From NCBI RefSeq assembly GCF_001194135.2, contig NC_068983.1:93794455-93858454 (forward strand): a stretch of 64,000 nt of DNA, in the 5' to 3' direction. The notes under the pieces were generated by a model, which saw only the letters and a list, made by a program, of their open reading frames with translations, had not been told where the DNA came from and ran no database searches. Position numbers and translations under genes: made by a program. Each line of letters begins with the position of its first letter. The stretch's first letter is position 1. This DNA is from Octopus bimaculoides (taxonomy: Eukaryota). Shown piece by piece: positions 51,461 through 63,639 of the stretch.

Positions 51461-52067
51461 TACACTTTGTAAAGTGGTTGGCTTTAGGAAGGACATTCAG
51501 TCATAAAGCCATGCCAAACGTGGAGCATGCAAGTGAAACGTTTTCCTTTAAACCATTTATGAGAGTAGTAACTCCATATAAGAACCAGCTTGGACTGTTG
51601 ATGACCTATCCATCTCAGGCTATTACAGAATGCAGGTTTAAATCGATGATCATACTGATGGTCAACAAACAGTCTATTCCACACTAAACATTCTACACAG
51701 AAACACATTTATATTCACCATTGCTAATAGTAATTTATTATCTATGATTGGATGTATAATTTCTATTTGCACATAGAGTTTTGAGAGAGAGGAAACAGGA
51801 GAATCATAAAGTTCACTGACATTAATACTAACAGCACATTTCTTCATAAATCCTCATATCGAAAGATACTGTAAGATTTCTTAAATATTAACTTATATCT
51901 TTCTCCAAGGAAGAAACACAACATCACCTAAGTTCAATCACATCATTATACATACATATCAATATATTGATTTTTTTTCTTTTAACCCAGAGCATTGTTT
52001 CTAATATCAATGCTTCAATAATATGGCTGCAGGTACTCTGCTGAAACTAGAACAAAAATAACAAGTG

Positions 52068-52161
<94 letters not shown>

Positions 52162-52524
52162 TGTGTGTGTATGTGTGTGTGTTTGTGTGTGTGTGTATGT
52201 GTGTATATATACATACATATATATAGACGTATATATGTATTTGTATGTTTTGTATACATATGTATATGAATGCATATATACACACAAAATATATGAATAT
52301 TTATGTATGAAATTACATGTTTACTTGAGTGTATAAGTGTTTGGTTTAAAATGGAAATGTTTACTTTCCCATCAGAATTCAACTCCAAACTATTAACCTT
52401 ATATTTACTGCCCTGTAACAACTCATGAATGCCATATATTTAATTCATTTCAGAATGATAATTTCTATTTGACTCACCTAAAGGCCTGATGAAGACCCTG
52501 TATTTAATTGCTTTTGTTTTACAG

Positions 52525-52566
52525 AAAAGTTCCAGTGACAAATTAGAGGCTGCTCGATTAAAACAG
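52525..52566 (+). CDS. Candidate 42-nt internal coding exon of an unidentified gene (KSSSDKLEAARLKQ)
   Basis: Acceptor TTAATTGCTTTTGTTTTACAG and donor CAG|GTTAGC; only phase 0 is open; lies in non-repeat sequence. No homology recognised. Confidence 0.3.
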
Positions 52567-53212
52567 GTTAGCTTGTGTGCACTGATGCTTTAAAACTAGT
52601 TTCAGGGTTTTTGCCAACCACTGTTCCTTCACTATATTGAGAAACCATTTGAGCAATATCTTAGCTGCTAAAACTTAGCACATACCTTCTGATTTGTTTT
52701 TTGTTGTTTTTTTTTAATTAATATACATCTTTGTCTTTTTAAAAATGGCTTTTTACTTTTGAATTTTTTTGTCCTCTTTGCCTATTGCTTTTTCAGATAG
52801 CCAAGCACAATATTCCATCTCTAAGAATGTATAAGTTTTTACACATTTTTGCTAGCTTTTGTATATCTCTAATTATATTAGGTTGTTAAAACATCAATTG
52901 CAGTTGACATTTCTAATGATGTATCTGTTATGACATTCAGTTCTATATCTATGAATCAATGGGTCCTAAAATATGTATCTATCCTTCGTGTAAGCCACAT
53001 GATTCCAAAGTATTTATTATGTTCCATGCATGTGCAGGAGTTGAACATTGCTTAAAAAGAAGCTAAAATATTGAGAAGCAATTCTTTCTTTCCATTGGCC
53101 TTCCATTCAATTTGCTTACCATGATAAAAAGCATGAGCTTTCAAATATTAAGTCTTCAATTGATTTCCACATTTTTCCCTTGCTTGTTTTCTTTGGCTTC
53201 CACCTATGTATA

Positions 53213-53269
<57 letters not shown>

Positions 53270-55529
53270 TGCATACATTTTAATTGAACAATGTCCTAAA
53301 ATGTTTTTGGACCACCCTTGTAGATTCTGTCTTCATTTAATATATCAGGGGTACCCTTGCACAACTAACTTCTCCATCCTCTCAATGAAAACCAGAAATC
53401 CAAAATGCAAAGGAGAAGGCAATGTGATATCTCTCAACCAAGAATTGAACTTGTATCATAGTCTCAGATTATTTACATTATCCTATAGATTTTGAAGTTA
53501 CATTTTCAGAAAATAACAAGACAATATTTATTGAAGTTGCCATGGAAGTCTCGAAAAAGAACAAAGTAATTACTGAGTATTATTAATATGAGTATCTCCA
53601 TTTAAACTGATAATTATTGTGTTCTATTTTAGTTGACTAATTATTCTGTTCACTTCCTATATTATTGATAATGGCAGTACCATATTTCATATTGAAGTGT
53701 ATTTATATTATAGGAATATGGCCAAAAAAAGAACAAGCTGTCTTGCTAAACTATAGACAGTATTTTTGAGAATACCTCGAGCCATCTTAAGAGATAATTC
53801 TCACATGATATTCTCATCACTCTGCAGATAAAAGTATTGAACAGCTCTATGTATTCAAATTAGCCTGCAGGACTTGGACAGCAAGTCTTATTTCAACTTT
53901 TTCCACAATGATAGCTTCCTTAATAAGTCACTGATATATATATCTTGAACACTTCCTTATTGATATTTATACCTTTTACTGCATTTAGAATTGAGAGGAA
54001 AAGGGTAATATTTATGACAGCATATAAATATATTCTAAGCCTTTATTATCTCCAGTTTTACGGTTGCAAAAGAAGCAGATAAAAGATAAATGTCCCCCAC
54101 TAGGGAGGACACTAGCCTGCTAGATGCAATATTCCTTATAAGCGCTTGTACCTCTACTTGCTTAGATAAACTAAGGTCACATTTTAAAATATTTTTGCCT
54201 GAAAATAAAACAAAATTTCTGCAATTTGTTTGAACTTAAAACCTGTGGACTGATAGTGTAGTAGCTTACCTACACAGCAGTCACACCTCTACATTTTGAA
54301 ACATGAATTAGATATGTACAATGTGTATGACAGTCCAAATTCTTTGCTGAATATGACAGTTGTTTGACATCTTGCCATCTTATGTTCCATTTAAAGAGAT
54401 GCACAAAGATAAGTGAAGACTAAAGACTTTGTTAGACTAATGTGGCACAAGCTACAATGAAAAACCGATAATATGAAAGATATCAGAGATAGCATCTTTA
54501 CTAGTATCATCGGTAACACTTTCTGTGTACAAATTAGTCATAGCCTACATTTTGAAATAGTACCAAATGGGAAAATAACTTGGAAAGGTGTTTCAACAAT
54601 GTACTTGGAAATTTGGCAGTGAACATATTTTCTTGAAAAATGTTGAGAATAGAAATAAAGTGTGTGCATACCTGCATGTGTGTGTATGTGTGTGTGCTCA
54701 TGCATGTGCATGAGTAAAGAGAGGCAACAGAGGAGTAAGTATTGTAAGAGATTTGTTAATTGATTTCTCTACTTTAGAATGTTGGTGATGAAAGCATTAT
54801 AAAAATAGCAAGTGATGTTAGAAAAGTCTTTTCTTTTTTAACTGGACTTAGGTCTACATTTACATTTTCTTCATGATTCTTAGTAAATGTTCGTTAAAGA
54901 ATACTGTGGTAACCAGGACATGAGCAGAGAAGAGTTTTTTTTTTTTTTTATTTATTTTTTGTTTTTTTGTCTCAACTTATGCGGGGAAATTGATCCCTAA
55001 ACAAATCTGTAGAAATCCACAAACTGACTGCTGTTCAGTTAGACACTGTAAGCTTTGTAGTGTAGTCAGTAACAGTGTTGCCTGGCAAAAGATAAATACA
55101 TGGTTTAAATTTTGTAAGCTGGTCTGTTTCTTATTTCTGTCTCAGACTGGTGCTGTACTGAGTTACAAATCTGTGATAAGAAAGAATATTTCTAGAAAGA
55201 ATTTATTAGTGATTTCATGTTCTAATCAAATCAACATCAAAACACACAGACAAATCACAAAAAGTACATATGTGAAGATTTAATGCAATTCTATCAGATA
55301 TGGAATATACTGGTAAAAGAACATTAATATAACAAGTGGATTTTGTTGAGGATTCATAGCATAGTTGCAGTGACAGCATAAATGCATCAACCACAATAAG
55401 TGAGTTATATTTATATGTTTGAATCTAAATATAGATTTCCAAAATAAATTTCTTTTGAAAGATATGTTTGGAAAGGCTATCCTTTTGTACAATCTTCAGA
55501 GATGCTATATGTGATCTGGACTTAGAGCT

Positions 55530-56100
55530 TTGATAGAGTACTCATGTTTAAATGAAGACCATGTGTAGATACTGAAACAGTTTGATGGTAGAAGAGGAGT
55601 CTCAACCTTTTAAGAAAGCCCAAAACTTTTACACATAATGATAGGGTGCACATTCACCCTTTCCAACACTGAGATAGGGGAAAGAAGCAAGGAAATTCCC
55701 CAATGAAAGTTGCTGATTGAGGAGAGTGTATGAGGGAGCTACAGGTTACTCCAAGTAGATCCAGCATAGGAACCAGCTTTTGAAGTTGGTTGCAACACTG
55801 TCAAAAGTGTCATTAATGATATTTAGCTAAAGGAAAGCAGCTTCACCATCAGGGATTAGTCACATAGATGCTGAAAATATATAACAAAGTAGAGCATACT
55901 CAGGCCACACAGTGAATCAGGCAGTACAGGGAAGTGTTTTTCTCAATGATTATCAGAGCTGCATTCTCATCGACTGTTTAAGAGCAAAAGAGATGTTATT
56001 AGAAAGGAGCAACTACATAGACATTAAGGTGATAAACAAAGTTACAAAGTTATAGCAAACTAAATTAGGTAATAGATTAGCTTAGCCGAGATACAGCTTG
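55530..56100 (-). mobile_element. Highly degraded CR1/L2-like RT core
   Basis: Decayed GVPQGSVLGP/FADD-region and thumb relics on the minus strand. Confidence 0.45.
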
Positions 56101-56139
56101 AATCTGTACCTGGAGTGAGAACCACCAGTGCTCTCTTCT

Positions 56140-56635
56140 TAATGAGAAAACTACAAGAGAGAGCCTTAACCTAGAGTAACTTAGCTAGCATTTGTTGACT
56201 GGAAAAGGCATTTGACAGGATTCCACAATCCGTAGTCTTTCAGTCTCTAAAAAAGCTGATGAATGTAGATGAAAGATTTGTGAGAACCATACAAGTCATG
56301 TACAGGGATGCTATCAGTAAAGTGAGTTAGCAATGAATTTAGCAAGGAGTCTAGCATGCAAGTCTGTCAGGGTTGTTCTCTGCAGCCTCTTATTAATTAT
56401 AGCTCTCCATGCTATTACATAAGAATTCAAATGGCTATCCCTAGAAATTCCCACATATTGTTCTCATAGTCAAATATGGAAACAAAACCTAGAATCAAGC
56501 AATTTAAAAGTGGACCTGGTAAAGACAAGAATACAAAGCTCTGCTTCTTTTGAAAAGTGCCCTTTCTATGTATGCAAAAAGGTATGAGTAAGTAGAATCA
56601 CAGGCAAAGTGACAAACATGAAAGACTTCCTATAT
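56140..56635 (+). mobile_element. Degraded RTE RT core fragment
   Basis: LAFVDWKKAFDRIPQSVVFQSLKK...FVRTIQVMYRDAISKV relic. Confidence 0.75.
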
Positions 56636-56637
56636 AA

Positions 56638-56950
56638 CTGGCACTCTATCAGTTATGACATTAAGTGTTCCAGTTGATCTGATCAACAGAACAGCCTGCT
56701 TGTGAAATTAACGTACAAGAGGCTGAGAACTCCACAGACACACGTACCCTTAACATAGTTCTCAGGGAGATCCAGTGTGACAAAGCCAGGCCTTCAAAAT
56801 ACAGGTAGTACTCATTTTTACCAGCTGAGTGGACTGGAGCAACATGAAATAAAGTGTCTTGCTCAAGGACACAACACATCACCTGGAATTGAACTCACAG
56901 CCATATGGTCATAAGCCAACTATCCTAACCACTAAACCATGTGCCTTCAC
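56638..56950 (-). mobile_element. SINE family A
   Basis: Colinear with 12885-13205. Confidence 0.9.
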
Positions 56951-57198
56951 ACTTCATACATAGCAGATGCATAAAAGTTATTAGTTGAAAGTTCACCTAC
57001 AAAGTAAATTCTTTCAAATGACTAGAAGGTTCCATTGAAGTAGATGATTGCTTCTGGTTCCCTGGGTAATGTAATTAGCCGTGGAAGTGGGTGTTCTAAA
57101 AGCACAGTAGCCAGAGTTAAGATGAAGTGTAAAAAGTACAGTAGGCCATTACTTCTGCTGGCAATAAAAAATAAAGTGATTCTCTCTCTCTCTCTCTA

Positions 57199-57261
<63 letters not shown>

Positions 57262-57309
57262 GTTAAATTGTATGATACCTTTGTACAAACTGTGATGTCA
57301 TGTAATTAC

Positions 57310-57695
57310 AAAACATGGACAACTGACCTGAAGAATGCATGAAGGCTGGAATAAATGAAGTGAACCTGCACATACTGCAGTGGATGTGCAATGCTAGTGT
57401 GTATGAACAACAATGAAACAGATCTGTTGAGAGTAAAACTGGCTACAAAAAGAATCAGCTGTTGTGTGCAAGGGAAGTGACAGTGCAGGTGTGGACATGC
57501 GATGCTCATAAGGGATAACAGTTTGATAATGAACTGCTTAGTAATCCAACTGGAAAGGACCTACAGAAGAGGAAGACTCAGGAAGTCATAAAGGCTAGTA
57601 TCAGGAGATGACAAAGGACCAGAACAAGTTATGTTGGGCTGGAAAGGTCCCATTTAAACCATGCAAGCATGGAAAGTAGGATAAACTCAGAAGAG
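57310..57695 (+). mobile_element. Degraded RTE 3' fragment
   Basis: GRGRLRKS-like relic and tail CATGCAAGCATGGAAAGTAGG. Confidence 0.55.
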
Positions 57696-57708
57696 GAGAA
57701 AGAGGATA

Positions 57709-57763
<55 letters not shown>

Positions 57764-57837
57764 GTAGTAGTAGTAGTACCTTTTTAGAAACCATCCTCAT
57801 CATCATGATTATTATTATCATTATTATTATTTTTCTT

Positions 57838-58054
57838 AAGGTGGTGAACTGGCAGAACCATTAGCACACCAGACAAAATTTTTTAGTGGTATTTTGTCCA
57901 TCTTACACTCTGACCTCAAATTCTGTCATGGCCAGATTTGTCTTTCATCCCTTTGGGGGTTGAAAAAATAAGTACAAGTTATCCAGGGGGGGGGGGATGT
58001 AGTCAACTTCCCCTCCCCTCAGAAACTACTGGCCCTGTGCCAAAATTTGAAATC
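57838..58054 (+). mobile_element. tRNA-derived SINE family E, copy 1 (tail AAAATTTGAAA)
   Basis: CTGGCAGAA..TTAGCAC head, TTTCATCC...AATAAGTAC central block, (ATT)n on both sides. Confidence 0.85.
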
Positions 58055-58064
58055 ATTATTATTA

Positions 58065-58107
<43 letters not shown>

Positions 58108-58131
58108 CATCATCACTGTTGGTTATCATAG

Positions 58132-58341
58132 AAGGCACCGAGCTGGCAGAATCGCTAGCACACCAGGCAAAATGCTTAGCGGTATTTCATCTTTACATTC
58201 TGAGATCAAATTCTGCCAAGGCTAACTTTGCCTTTCATCCTTCCAGGGTTGATAAAATCAGTACCAGTCAAGTACTGGGGTCAATGAAATCGACTAGTCC
58301 ATGCCCCCAAAATTTCAGGCCTTCTGCCTATAGTAGAAAGG
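58132..58341 (+). mobile_element. SINE family E, copy 2 (tail TAGTAGAAAGG)
   Basis: GAGCTGGCAGAATCGCTAGC head, GAGATCAAATTC B box; (ATT)n flanks. Confidence 0.9.
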
Positions 58342-58345
58342 ATTA

Positions 58346-58403
<58 letters not shown>

Positions 58404-58446
58404 CATTATTATTATTATTATTATAATTATTATTATTATTATTATT

Positions 58447-59622
58447 GCTTTTGCCCAGCTTCTAACTCTGTAGATGTACTACGGTGTCAGCTGTTCACTA
58501 CCAGTGAACTCAGATAACACCGCTTATTTTTCGAGCACCTTCCGGAGTTTTCGAGCGGTTCCAAGCAGTGCAGTTTTCTGCAAGTGCTCCACTCTTATTG
58601 TAGCCCCTATTTGTTCCATGTACTTCTCAAGATTTTTACTCACTGTTCCCAGGGCTCCAACAATTATTGGTACTACTACCACCTTTTTTATCGACCACAA
58701 CTGCTTAACCTGTCATATCTATTGACTTTTCTTTCTTCCTTATTGCATACCTTGTTGTCAGCTGGGCATGCTATATCTATCATCCAGCATAGTTTGTTTT
58801 CTTTCTCAATTAAGACTATGTCTGGCTTCCTATTCTCTATCTCATGGTCGCACTGAATCATAAAATCCTACAGGATCTTTGCATTTTCATTTTCGATGAT
58901 GCCTTCGGGTTTATGGTTGTACCAATTTTTTGCTCTGTCAAGTCCATACGTTTTGCAAAGTGTCCAATGGACAAGCCTTGCCATATTGTCGTGGCATTTC
59001 TTATACTCTTTCTGGGCTAGTGGCATACATTGACTGGTAATATGCCATACAGTTTCACCATTTTGTCCACAAATTCTGCACTTATCACTTACTGATGTGC
59101 TGTCTATTCTGTATTTTATATAATTTGTTCTTAGTGCTTGCTCTTGGGCAGCACAGATTAGAGCCTCAATTTCTGGTTTTAAATCACTTTTAGTCATCCA
59201 CAGTTATCTTTTTTCTCTGCCTGTCTTATCTTCAACATCCCTATGAAATTGTCCAGTGATCATACATATGTTGTTAGTAACCCCTAATTTGAGCACCATT
59301 TTCATCTACAGGGTTGATCAAGTAGTAACACTCCATGACCACAGCATTAATTGGTTGCTCCATCTTCACCGTGTGTGGTGGTCCCTTTCTGGATATTGAC
59401 AGGTTGGAGCCGGACCAGAATCTCTGAGCCTGCCGGGTGCAACACTGTCACCATCAGTGCCATCAGTTTCATTACCACCGTTATTCACAATATTTTGTTT
59501 TTTCATTGTCACTCATATGAGGTAGCGATTATCAGGCTGTGCAGTTACCAGTGTTTTTATTCTGACACCATCACTAGCTGTATCATTAATCAGGACATGA
59601 GGAGATTCCACCCGCTTCCTTT
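58447..59622 (-). mobile_element. Internally deleted R4/Dong-like non-LTR element (5' UTR and N-terminus fused to the zinc-knuckle/RLE 3' end)
   Basis: The 5' part has an ATG at 59506 and NAVVMECYYLINP...RGY. After a junction at about 59254 come GQFHRD, CRICGQNGETVWHITSQC (ORF 58868-59197) and LQKTALLGTARKLRKVLEK*, a short 3' UTR and (AAT)n. RT motifs are absent. Confidence 0.8.
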
Positions 59623-59680
59623 CATTATTATTATTATCATCACTGATACTATTGTTTTTATTTTTTACTATTTGTCATCA

Positions 59681-59738
<58 letters not shown>

Positions 59739-59754
59739 TACTACTACTACTACT

Positions 59755-59960
59755 AAGACAGCAAGCTAACAGAATGCTTAATGGCACTTTTTCTGGCTCT
59801 TTACATTGTAAAATCAAATGTTAGTAAGGTCAACTTTGCCTTTTCCTCTTTTTGAGGTCAATAAAATAAAGTACCTGTCAAGTACTCAAGTACTGGATCA
59901 ATAGTATTGACTTACCCCATCCCTTCGAAATTCCTGGCCTTGTGCTAAAATTTGAAAGTA
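59755..59960 (+). mobile_element. SINE family E, copy 3 (degraded; tail AAAATTTGAAA)
   Basis: Colinear with copy 1; (ATT/CTA)n flanks. Confidence 0.8.
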
Positions 59961-60012
59961 TCATTATTATTATCAATAACATCATCATCATTATTATTGT
60001 TATTACTATTAT

Positions 60013-60226
60013 GAGGCGACGAGCTGGTAGAGTTGTAAGCACACTGAATAAAATGCTTAGCGGTATTTCATCTGTTGCTATATTCTGAGTTCAAATTCTG
60101 CCGAGGCCGATTTTGCCTTTCATCCTTTCAGGGTCAGTGAAATAAGTACCAGTTGAGAACTGGGGTCGATTTAATTAACTAGCCCCCTCCCACAAAATTT
60201 CAGGCCTTGTTTCTATAGTAGAAAGG
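60013..60226 (+). mobile_element. SINE family E, copy 4 (tail TAGTAGAAAGG)
   Basis: GAGGCGACGAGCTGG head, GAGTTCAAATTC B box. Confidence 0.9.
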
Positions 60227-60247
60227 ATTATTATTATTTTCATTATC

Positions 60248-62313
60248 ATCTTCTTTCAATTTTGCTTCCATTTTTTTGCCAAGTGTCTTCCTGACACCTA
60301 GGGCAGAGAAACACATTGTATACATCAGTAGGCCATTAAAATAAACACATCAGATTGTTCATTTACAAAGTCATGTGATAGAGAAAAAGAGGAAGAAAGA
60401 CAGAGGAAAAAGGAAAAAATAAAAAATAAAAAAGTAAACAAAGAAAATAAAGGGGAAAAAAGAAAGAAAATTCACAGCGACAATGCTCTTCTCAGTACAT
60501 GTGATGTACCACCAGTTAAGACAATTTTCTGCACTTCCTGCATGGATGGTAAGCCAGGGATTATTCTTAAATAATTTTCAGTTCCTTTTTTGATCATTCC
60601 AAGTGCTCCTATAATTACTGGTATTGTAACCATCTTGAGATGCCACAACTTTTCGACTTCCATTAGCAAATCTTTATATTTTCTGAGCTTATCAAATTCT
60701 TTAGCTGAGATATTATAATCACAAGGTATGCTCATGTCAATCAATAAACAGATTTTATTGTTTTGGTCTTTCAGAACAATATCTGGTTTATTTGCTTTGA
60801 TAGTCTGGTCTGTACATACTGGAAAGTCCCAAAGAATCATTACATTTTCTTCCTCAGTTACAGCCTCATTTCTCAGCAGTTTTGATTTTATGATGCTGGC
60901 ACATTGTTCAATGTAGTTATTGGCCAACTCTGTCATGTCTTGATTTGTGCTAAAGTGTTAAAACCTTACACCCAGAGATTAGGTGGTCCACTGTTTCAAT
61001 CCTATCATTGCAGTATCAACACTTTGGGTCTACACACTATTTTTCATCACTTTGGCTTGATATTCTGGGTTAATAAGCTCTGATTTTAAGCAGCCAAAAT
61101 AAAGTCTTCTCTCTCTGCCTTTAGCCCTGAGCTCCATAGCCATTGATGGGTGTACTTCTGGTCAACATCAGCTTGTTTGCTACTGGCCACATATTTTCCA
61201 TGCAGAGGTTTTTGTTCCCACCTATCAGCCAATTGTTCAAATGCATTTTGCTTTGCTATTGATTTCACCTTCTTTGCAATTACAGTCGCTGCACTTCCAT
61301 CAAGCTGTTCAACTTGGGTATTATGCATAAATTCACTTGAAAATTTTTTGCTCTCCTTCATAACAAAATGAAGCTTCTTACATCTTTCATGGATTCCAGT
61401 GAGCTTTAGCATCTAGTCATTAAATGTTTCAAGATATTTTACCAGTCCTATTGTGGTGGTTTTGTAAGAGATTTCATACTGGATCAAGCCTTAACCTCCT
61501 TGAGCTCTGGTAAAGACGATCTGTGTCTGCCTTTGGGTGGTGCATCTTATTGCAAGTTAGCAATTTATGGATTTTCCTGTCAATCTTCCTTATTTCACTC
61601 ATATCCCAGTTCAACACATTGAAACTGTAAATAACAACCGGAACTGCTAAGAAATTTAGAGCTAACACCTTATAATGTGCATTTAACTCGGATTTTAGGA
61701 CTGCTTGAACTCTCCTGTAACATTCCTTCCTGATCAAGACCAAATTCCATCCCGATGTCATCACTGAATGCTTTCACCATACATAGTAGTCCTTCAAGCT
61801 CATTATCATCATTGCCATAAAGTTTTAAGTCATTCATATAAAATAGATGATTTATTTTCTTGTCGCCAATTTTATATCCATACCCTGTTCTGTTAAGTTC
61901 ACTTGTAAGGGGGATCAGGGGTATGCAAAAAATTAAAAGTGAAAGTGAGTCACCTTGGAAAATGCCACAGGTGGTATTAATATTTTTTGTGGTCAATACT
62001 CCATTAGAGTGGTGTAATTGGAGATTCATATTCCACACTGACATGCTGTGCTTCAGGAAGTTTGAAATCACAGGAGAAATGTTAAAGATATCCAGCGATT
62101 TCAAGATCCATGAATGTGGTATGCTGTGAAAGGCTTTTTTATAATCAATCCATGCGGAACTGAGATTTCTGCGTTTGTTATGACAGTTCTCAAGGATCAT
62201 GCGATTGATTAATAGTTGGTCTTTGCATCCATATGAGCCTCGCCAACACCCTTTTTTGTTCAGTGATTGATTAAGAGTTGATCTTTGCATCCATGTGAGC
62301 CTTGTCAGCACCC

Positions 62314-62316
<3 letters not shown>
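60248..62316 (-). mobile_element. 5'-truncated, frameshifted R4/Dong-like LINE (RT and RLE endonuclease)
   Basis: ORF 61670-62311 (KDQLLIN, WIDYKKAFHSIPH, GIFQGDSLS, LFYMNDLKLY, DIGMEFGLD), ORFs 61474-61764 and 61086-61412, and ORF 60472-60936 (KPDIVL...LIDMSIP, PVIIGALG). ATT-rich tracts on both sides. Confidence 0.93.
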
Positions 62317-62363
<47 letters not shown>

Positions 62364-62687
62364 GAGTGACGGCGTTCTCAGGGAAACTCTAGGCGTCGAC
62401 AATGACCAACTGAGCAGTATATTTGGCAGAACTTTCAGGCCGGGGCCCATGGATAACTTCCAAAAGTCCCTTGCCTGGCAGTGCTACCAAGGGATGCTGC
62501 CTGTTTGGGATAAACTCTACTGGCACAGAAGATATACAGCACATGTCCTTGCAGGTGGGGCCTAGTAAGAATTTTCTCCAGGTTGAGTAGCCTGTCCTGC
62601 TCAAAAGGTCCCTGAGTTAGGTTTGTTTATGGATGATGAACAAAACACCCAAGTTTCCAGAGGTGAATTATTCAAACCCCAAAGAAT

Positions 62688-62689
<2 letters not shown>
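62364..62689. mobile_element. Unclassified interspersed repeat between (ATT)n tracts
   Basis: Begins GAGTGA; 62547-62689 is homologous to 62914-63057. Confidence 0.6.
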
Positions 62690-62752
<63 letters not shown>

Positions 62753-63213
62753 GAGTGAGAGAGCAGTGCATGCCATCAAAGTGACACTGGGATAAAATAT
62801 ACGAAGCCCAGTATACCCATCATGACTACCCGTCGGATAAGAGTACACCAGGCACATGCATCACAACTATATGTGTGACATAGTGATCTTATATCAAGAT
62901 AAACAGTGCATGACCTTGCAGGTGGGGCCCAGTTAGAATTTTCTTCAGGTTGAATAACCCATCCCGCTCAAAAGGCCCCATGAATAGGGGTTGTTTAAGG
63001 ATGTTGAACAAAACACCCATGTTTCCAAAGGTGAATTATCCAAACCCCAAAGAATTCCTCTCAATACATGGCTATGATGCTCCCCCACTACTTCTGCTTA
63101 TGATCAGAGATGCACATATTGTCAGCCACTAAAGGACATACTCAACTGGTTACGGTCAAACAACTGACAAGCAAATCTGTGGTATTGAGCAGAATATTTG
63201 CTGTAGCCCATCT
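62753..63213. mobile_element. Unclassified interspersed repeat between (ATT)n tracts
   Basis: Begins GAGTGA and shares a 143-bp module with the preceding element; resembles an abundant octopus repeat as I recall it (unverified). Confidence 0.6.
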
Positions 63214-63639
63214 GTTGTTATTATTATTAATTATTATTATTATTACTTCTATTATTATTATTATTATTATTATGTTCATTGACTATATATTTTATTACAC
63301 TGACATTAGCTAATATTCTGTTAGACACTTCAAGTTCAGTTTAGGTGCTCACCTACCTATTATTAATGCATGAACCATTTGTTGTGTCAACACATTACAA
63401 CACATTAACTCCTGTGTCCTTCTAAAAGATTACCAGTGTTAATCGCTTGTCTCTTTCCAACTAACTGTTTTAAAATACAAGATTTGGACATTGTTTTAGT
63501 GCATGTGAGTAGATGTGTGTGTGTGTGTGTGTATTATATGTGTGTTTCTGGAACACAATTTTCTCTTACCATTAAATTTCACCACCACCACCACCATCCT
63601 CATCATCATCATCATCATCACCACCACCACCACCTCCAC

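Noticed and set aside
52480-52575. Hammerhead-like reading (GGC-CTGATGA-AGACC...AAAACAGGTTAGC)
   Set aside because: GAAA is missing at the needed position and stem II would need a loop of about 60 nt; the exon reading fits better.
55455-55505. Minus-strand CTGAAGA...AAAGG-ATAG-CCTTT-CCAAACATATC hammerhead-like relic
   Set aside because: The GAAA core and stems I and III are broken, so it is too degenerate to call.
58132-58520. Hypothesis that SINE family E is the partner SINE of the Dong-like LINEs
   Set aside because: I see no shared 3' sequence between E tails and either Dong 3' UTR, and the SINEs lie in opposite polarity relative to the (AAT)n strand.
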